Source: Dehalococcoidia bacterium
GTDB taxonomy: Bacteria > Chloroflexota > Dehalococcoidia > Lucifugimonadales > Australimonadaceae
Assembly: GCA_965116015.1 (NCBI GenBank)
Contig: OZ220477.1
Location: forward strand, 1,165,704 to 1,229,703
Direction: 5' to 3'
DNA: 64,000 bases
Shown: positions 60,901 to 64,000 of the stretch, one piece after another
Layout: every line of letters begins with the position of its first letter
Position numbering within the stretch: the stretch's first letter is position 1
Notes under the pieces: generated by a model
What the model saw: only the letters and a program-made list of their open reading frames with translations
Told to the model about the DNA's origin: nothing
The model's database searches: none
Position numbers and translations under genes: made by a program

Positions 60901-63243
60901 ATGCCCAAGCTCTCCCCGCGCGACCTGACCAACGCCCTCCCCGACCTCCGCTCGCCGAGGCGGCTGGCGGGGCTCGAGGGGGAGGTCGTCGTCTACCGCG
61001 ACGCGCTTGGCGTTCCGCACGCGCAGGCGGGAACGACGCGCGACGCCTTCTTCGCACAGGGGTTCTTCTGCGCGCAAGACCGCCTGTGGCAGATGGATTG
61101 GGATCGCCATCGCGCCTACGGCAGGAGCGCCGAGTGGCTCGGAGCGCCCGCCGTCGAGCAGGACGCCTTTCTCCGGCGTACAGGACTCGAGGCGTCGAGT
61201 CTGGCCGACTACGCCGCCATCGACGCTCCCGCCCGGGCAATGCTCGACGCGTACGCCGCCGGCGTCAACGCGTTCATCGAGAACGGCGGCCCGCTCCCCG
61301 TCGAGTACGTCCTGCTCGACGAACAGCCAGAGCCGTGGCGCGCCTGGGACGGCCTCGCCGTGTTCAAGGCGCGTCATCTGTTTATGGGGACGTTTGAGTC
61401 CAAGCTTTGGCGCGGACGCCTCATCGAGCGCATCGGGCCCGACGCCGCCGCCGCGCTCTTCCCCATCCATCTCCACGGCGACCTTATGATCATTCCCCCC
61501 GGCGCCGAGTTCGAGGGCGAGCCGCCCACCGCCGCCGAGCTGATGCGCGCCGCCTCCGCCGCGCCGCTCAGCGCCGCGCTCAACAGCGAGCCGCCGGACT
61601 CCGGCAGCAACAGCTGGGCCGTAGCGGCTGGGCGCGCTCGCACAGGCGGCCCGCTCCTTGCCGGCGACTCCCACCGTCAGCCCGACACCCCCAACGTCTA
61701 CTACCAGAACCATATCGCCTGCCCTGAGTTCGACGTGGTCGGCCTCTCGTTCGCGGGGTTGCCGGGGTTCCACCACTTCGGACACAACGCATTCGTCGCC
61801 TGGTGCGTTACGCACACCGCAGCGGACTACCAGGACTTGTACGTCGAGCGTTTCGAGCCCGGCAACCCGCGCCGCTACGAGTTCCAGGGCGGCTGGCGCA
61901 ACGCCGCTCTCCGCGAGGAGACGCTGCGCGTGCGCGGCGACGACGACATCCCCATCGCCGTCGTCGAGACGCATCACGGGCCAGTCGTATTCGGCGATCC
62001 GGCGTCGGGGCATGCGGTGTCGATGCGCTACACGGCGACCGCCGAGCCGGGACGCTGGCCTGAGTGCGTCCTGCGTATGCTAACCGCCCGCGACTGCGAC
62101 GAGTTCGAGTCCGCGCAAGAGCAGTGGGTCGATCCGTGCAACAACCTGCTTAGCGCCGACGTCCGTGGCAATATCAGCTACCTTATGCGCGGCAAGCTGC
62201 CCATCCGGTCGAGAGTGAACGCGTGGGCGCCCGCGCCAGGCTGGACGGGCGAGCGCGAGTGGAGCGGAGCGGCGCCGTTCGAATCGCATCCGCGCCTGCG
62301 CAATCCCGAGCAAGGCTACATCGTAACCGCGAACAATCGCGTCGCCGGCGCCCCGCCTCACTTCATCGGCGTCGACTTCGCCCCCGACCTGCGCGCCCGC
62401 GCCCTCAACGCTCGCCTCCGCAACCTCGCCAGCGCCGGCGTCGACGATGACGATATGGAGTCGCTCCACGCCACGCGCGCCTCGCCGCTCGCCCGTCAGG
62501 CGACGCCGCTGCTGCTCGCAACCCCAGCCGGCGACGCTGTCGAAGCCGAGGCGCTGCGCATCCTCGACGGCTGGAATTACGCTATGGAGCGCGACGCCCC
62601 CGCCCCCACCGTGTACTCGTTCGCGATGACTGAGCTCCTGCGGACGGTGTGCGAACGCCTCATCGGCCCGGAGCTCGCCGCCGAGGCGCTGACCGGAACC
62701 GGACGCGGCGCCGGCGCTATGACTCGCTCGCTCCGCCGCCGCATAGGACTCGCCATCGAGGCGAACGACACGTCGCTCATCGCCGGCGACTCGTGGGAGC
62801 GTGTGGGCGCCGACGCGTTCCGCAAGGGCGTGCGCCGTCTGCGCGGCCTGCTCGGCGACGACCCCTCCGGATGGGAGTGGGGAGTGCTCCACCGCTCGCG
62901 CCACGCCCACCCGCTCTCGGCGGCGTTCCCCGACGACGCCCCCCTGCTCGATCCGCCGTCGATGCCTCTCAGCGGCGACGGCGAAACGCCGCTACAGGGC
63001 GCCTACATCGCCGACGATCCGTTCACAGCGATCTCCGTATCGGTTGCGCGCTACGTCTACGACCTGCGCGACTGGCGCAACTCGCGCTGGATCGTCCCGC
63101 TTGGCGCTTCCGGCTGCCCCGGAAGCCCGCACTACGCCGACCAGCTAGCGCCTTGGGCGGCAGTCCAGACGCGCCCGATGCTCTACGACTGGGCCGACAT
63201 CCGCGCCGACGCCGAAAGCGTCCAGCGCCTCAGCCCGGGATAG
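60901..63243 (+). CDS. penicillin acylase / acyl-homoserine-lactone acylase family Ntn-hydrolase
   Basis: VYRDALGVPH, FAQGFFCAQDRLWQMD, the nucleophile context GSNSWAV, and LLAGDSHR. 780 aa. Confidence 0.88.
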   Translation: MPKLSPRDLTNALPDLRSPRRLAGLEGEVVVYRDALGVPHAQAGTTRDAFFAQGFFCAQDRLWQMDWDRHRAYGRSAEWLGAPAVEQDAFLRRTGLEASSLADYAAIDAPARAMLDAYAAGVNAFIENGGPLPVEYVLLDEQPEPWRAWDGLAVFKARHLFMGTFESKLWRGRLIERIGPDAAAALFPIHLHGDLMIIPPGAEFEGEPPTAAELMRAASAAPLSAALNSEPPDSGSNSWAVAAGRARTGGPLLAGDSHRQPDTPNVYYQNHIACPEFDVVGLSFAGLPGFHHFGHNAFVAWCVTHTAADYQDLYVERFEPGNPRRYEFQGGWRNAALREETLRVRGDDDIPIAVVETHHGPVVFGDPASGHAVSMRYTATAEPGRWPECVLRMLTARDCDEFESAQEQWVDPCNNLLSADVRGNISYLMRGKLPIRSRVNAWAPAPGWTGEREWSGAAPFESHPRLRNPEQGYIVTANNRVAGAPPHFIGVDFAPDLRARALNARLRNLASAGVDDDDMESLHATRASPLARQATPLLLATPAGDAVEAEALRILDGWNYAMERDAPAPTVYSFAMTELLRTVCERLIGPELAAEALTGTGRGAGAMTRSLRRRIGLAIEANDTSLIAGDSWERVGADAFRKGVRRLRGLLGDDPSGWEWGVLHRSRHAHPLSAAFPDDAPLLDPPSMPLSGDGETPLQGAYIADDPFTAISVSVARYVYDLRDWRNSRWIVPLGASGCPGSPHYADQLAPWAAVQTRPMLYDWADIRADAESVQRLSPG

Positions 63244-63340
63244 CGGCGCGACTGCCTGGGCCGCTCTGCGGCCAGCGGCTCCCCATCGACGAACAGCGCT
63301 AGTCGCGCCACCGTTTTCGGCATGGAATGGAATTGCAAAG

Positions 63341-63366
63341 AGAGAGCCGGGGCGCCCCGGCTCTCT
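63341..63366 (+). terminator. GC-rich 11-12 bp perfect hairpin downstream of the acylase gene (weak T-tract)
   Basis: agagagccgggg/ccccggctctct. The T-run is better on the opposite strand (ctctttgc). Confidence 0.35.
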
Positions 63367-63522
63367 CAACTTGGGATGACGCCCTGGACGTGCTTGACCC
63401 GCATTCAAAGGCGGGGGGACGCCAGGGAGCATTACAAGGACATTCAGCTGTCGCCGGGCATCCGTTGTCAACTACCCATGCATCTCCCCTCAACGATGCG
63501 CCTTGCTTGGTAAACTCCACGC

Positions 63523-64000
63523 ATGACGACCCTCGACGACATCCAGCGATTCCTCGATAACCCCCTGCCCGCCGAGGCGCGCGAACGCGCGCTGCTCTCC
63601 GGCTCGATGGGCGAGTCTCCCTCGAAATACTCCCGCAGCCCCGCGATGTGGAACGCGGCGTTCCGCGACATCGGCCTCGACGCCGTCCATGCGCCGTTCG
63701 ATGTGCGCCCCGAGAATCTGGCGGGGTTCGTGGGCGCCGCGCGCGACCTCCCCGGCTTTATGGGCTCGAACGTAACCGTTCCGCACAAGCTCGCCATAAT
63801 GCCCCTGCTCGACGACATCGACCCCCTCGCGCAAGAGATCGGCGCCGTCAACACGTTCGCCCTCGGCGCCGACGGCAGGCTCTCCGGCTACAACACCGAC
63901 GCCGACGGCCTGATCGCAAGCATCACGCGCCCGCTGCCCGGACAGCCCGCGCCGTTCCTCCCGACGCTGGCGGGCTGCGACGCGCTGCTGCTCGGCGCCG
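63523..64000 (+). CDS. aroE: shikimate dehydrogenase family protein (AroE-like), 3' partial
   Basis: Hand translation from the ATG at 63523: ...SRSPAMWNAAF...GSNVTVPHK...IGAVNT...GYNTDADG. The frame is open to the end of the window. Confidence 0.8.
   Translation, partial: MTTLDDIQRFLDNPLPAEARERALLSGSMGESPSKYSRSPAMWNAAFRDIGLDAVHAPFDVRPENLAGFVGAARDLPGFMGSNVTVPHKLAIMPLLDDIDPLAQEIGAVNTFALGADGRLSGYNTDADGLIASITRPLPGQPAPFLPTLAGCDALLLGA

Overview
This is a 64 kb, high-GC bacterial chromosomal window. All calls come from reading the sequence and the ORF track by eye; no searches were run.

Gene content, left to right:
- Reduced division/housekeeping cluster: rsmH, ftsZ, nrdR, pdxA, proC, yggT, degV, pepA.
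- An OLD/AbiL-like ABC-ATPase, followed by a small HTH gene.
- tRNA-His and tRNA-Arg.
- A long accessory/catabolic stretch: SDR, Rieske ferredoxin, three amidohydrolase-2 paralogs, a CoxL-like Mo subunit, a PAC2 protein, three MFS paralogs, an epimerase, a D-aminoacylase, an LLM oxidoreductase, arfB.
- ccmH-ccmF, an orphan ABC ATPase, a HAD hydrolase.
- A low-GC island.
- A TPP-riboswitch-controlled thiG and thiE-thiS.
- A tRNA-Phe/Gly/Leu cluster.
- A MacAB-like efflux operon, ku-ligD, a penicillin-acylase-family gene and a partial aroE.

Gene content loosely suggests a Chloroflexota-like organism: no mur/ftsA genes around ftsZ, Ccm system I, and LLM/amidohydrolase/MFS expansions. This is inference only.

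Most noteworthy observations:
1. A GrdB-family selenoprotein gene that the ORF track splits at an in-frame TGA. The TGA is followed by a SECIS-like hairpin.
2. Two paralogous DNA methyltransferase-HNH fusion genes in opposite orientation. One lies in a low-GC island with a 3-TM protein and carries an (8 bp)x11 tandem repeat in its 5' end, with two alternative SD/ATG starts. This is a candidate phase-variable restriction/defence module.
3. A roughly 300 bp diverged inverted duplication at about 14.2-14.5 kb and 43.1-43.4 kb. Each copy ends in three 10-bp-phased GTAACAT motifs overlapping a start codon, and each lies directly downstream of a defence-like gene.
4. Extreme, orientation-independent strand asymmetry (A+C-rich plus strand) over about 1-21 kb. 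It decays and then reverses sign in later segments.
5. A branched, structured ~141 nt element upstream of the first methyltransferase-HNH gene.
6. A triple-length MacA-like adaptor.

Because T is rare on the plus strand on the left side, many long alternative-frame ORFs in the track are compositional artefacts and were rejected.
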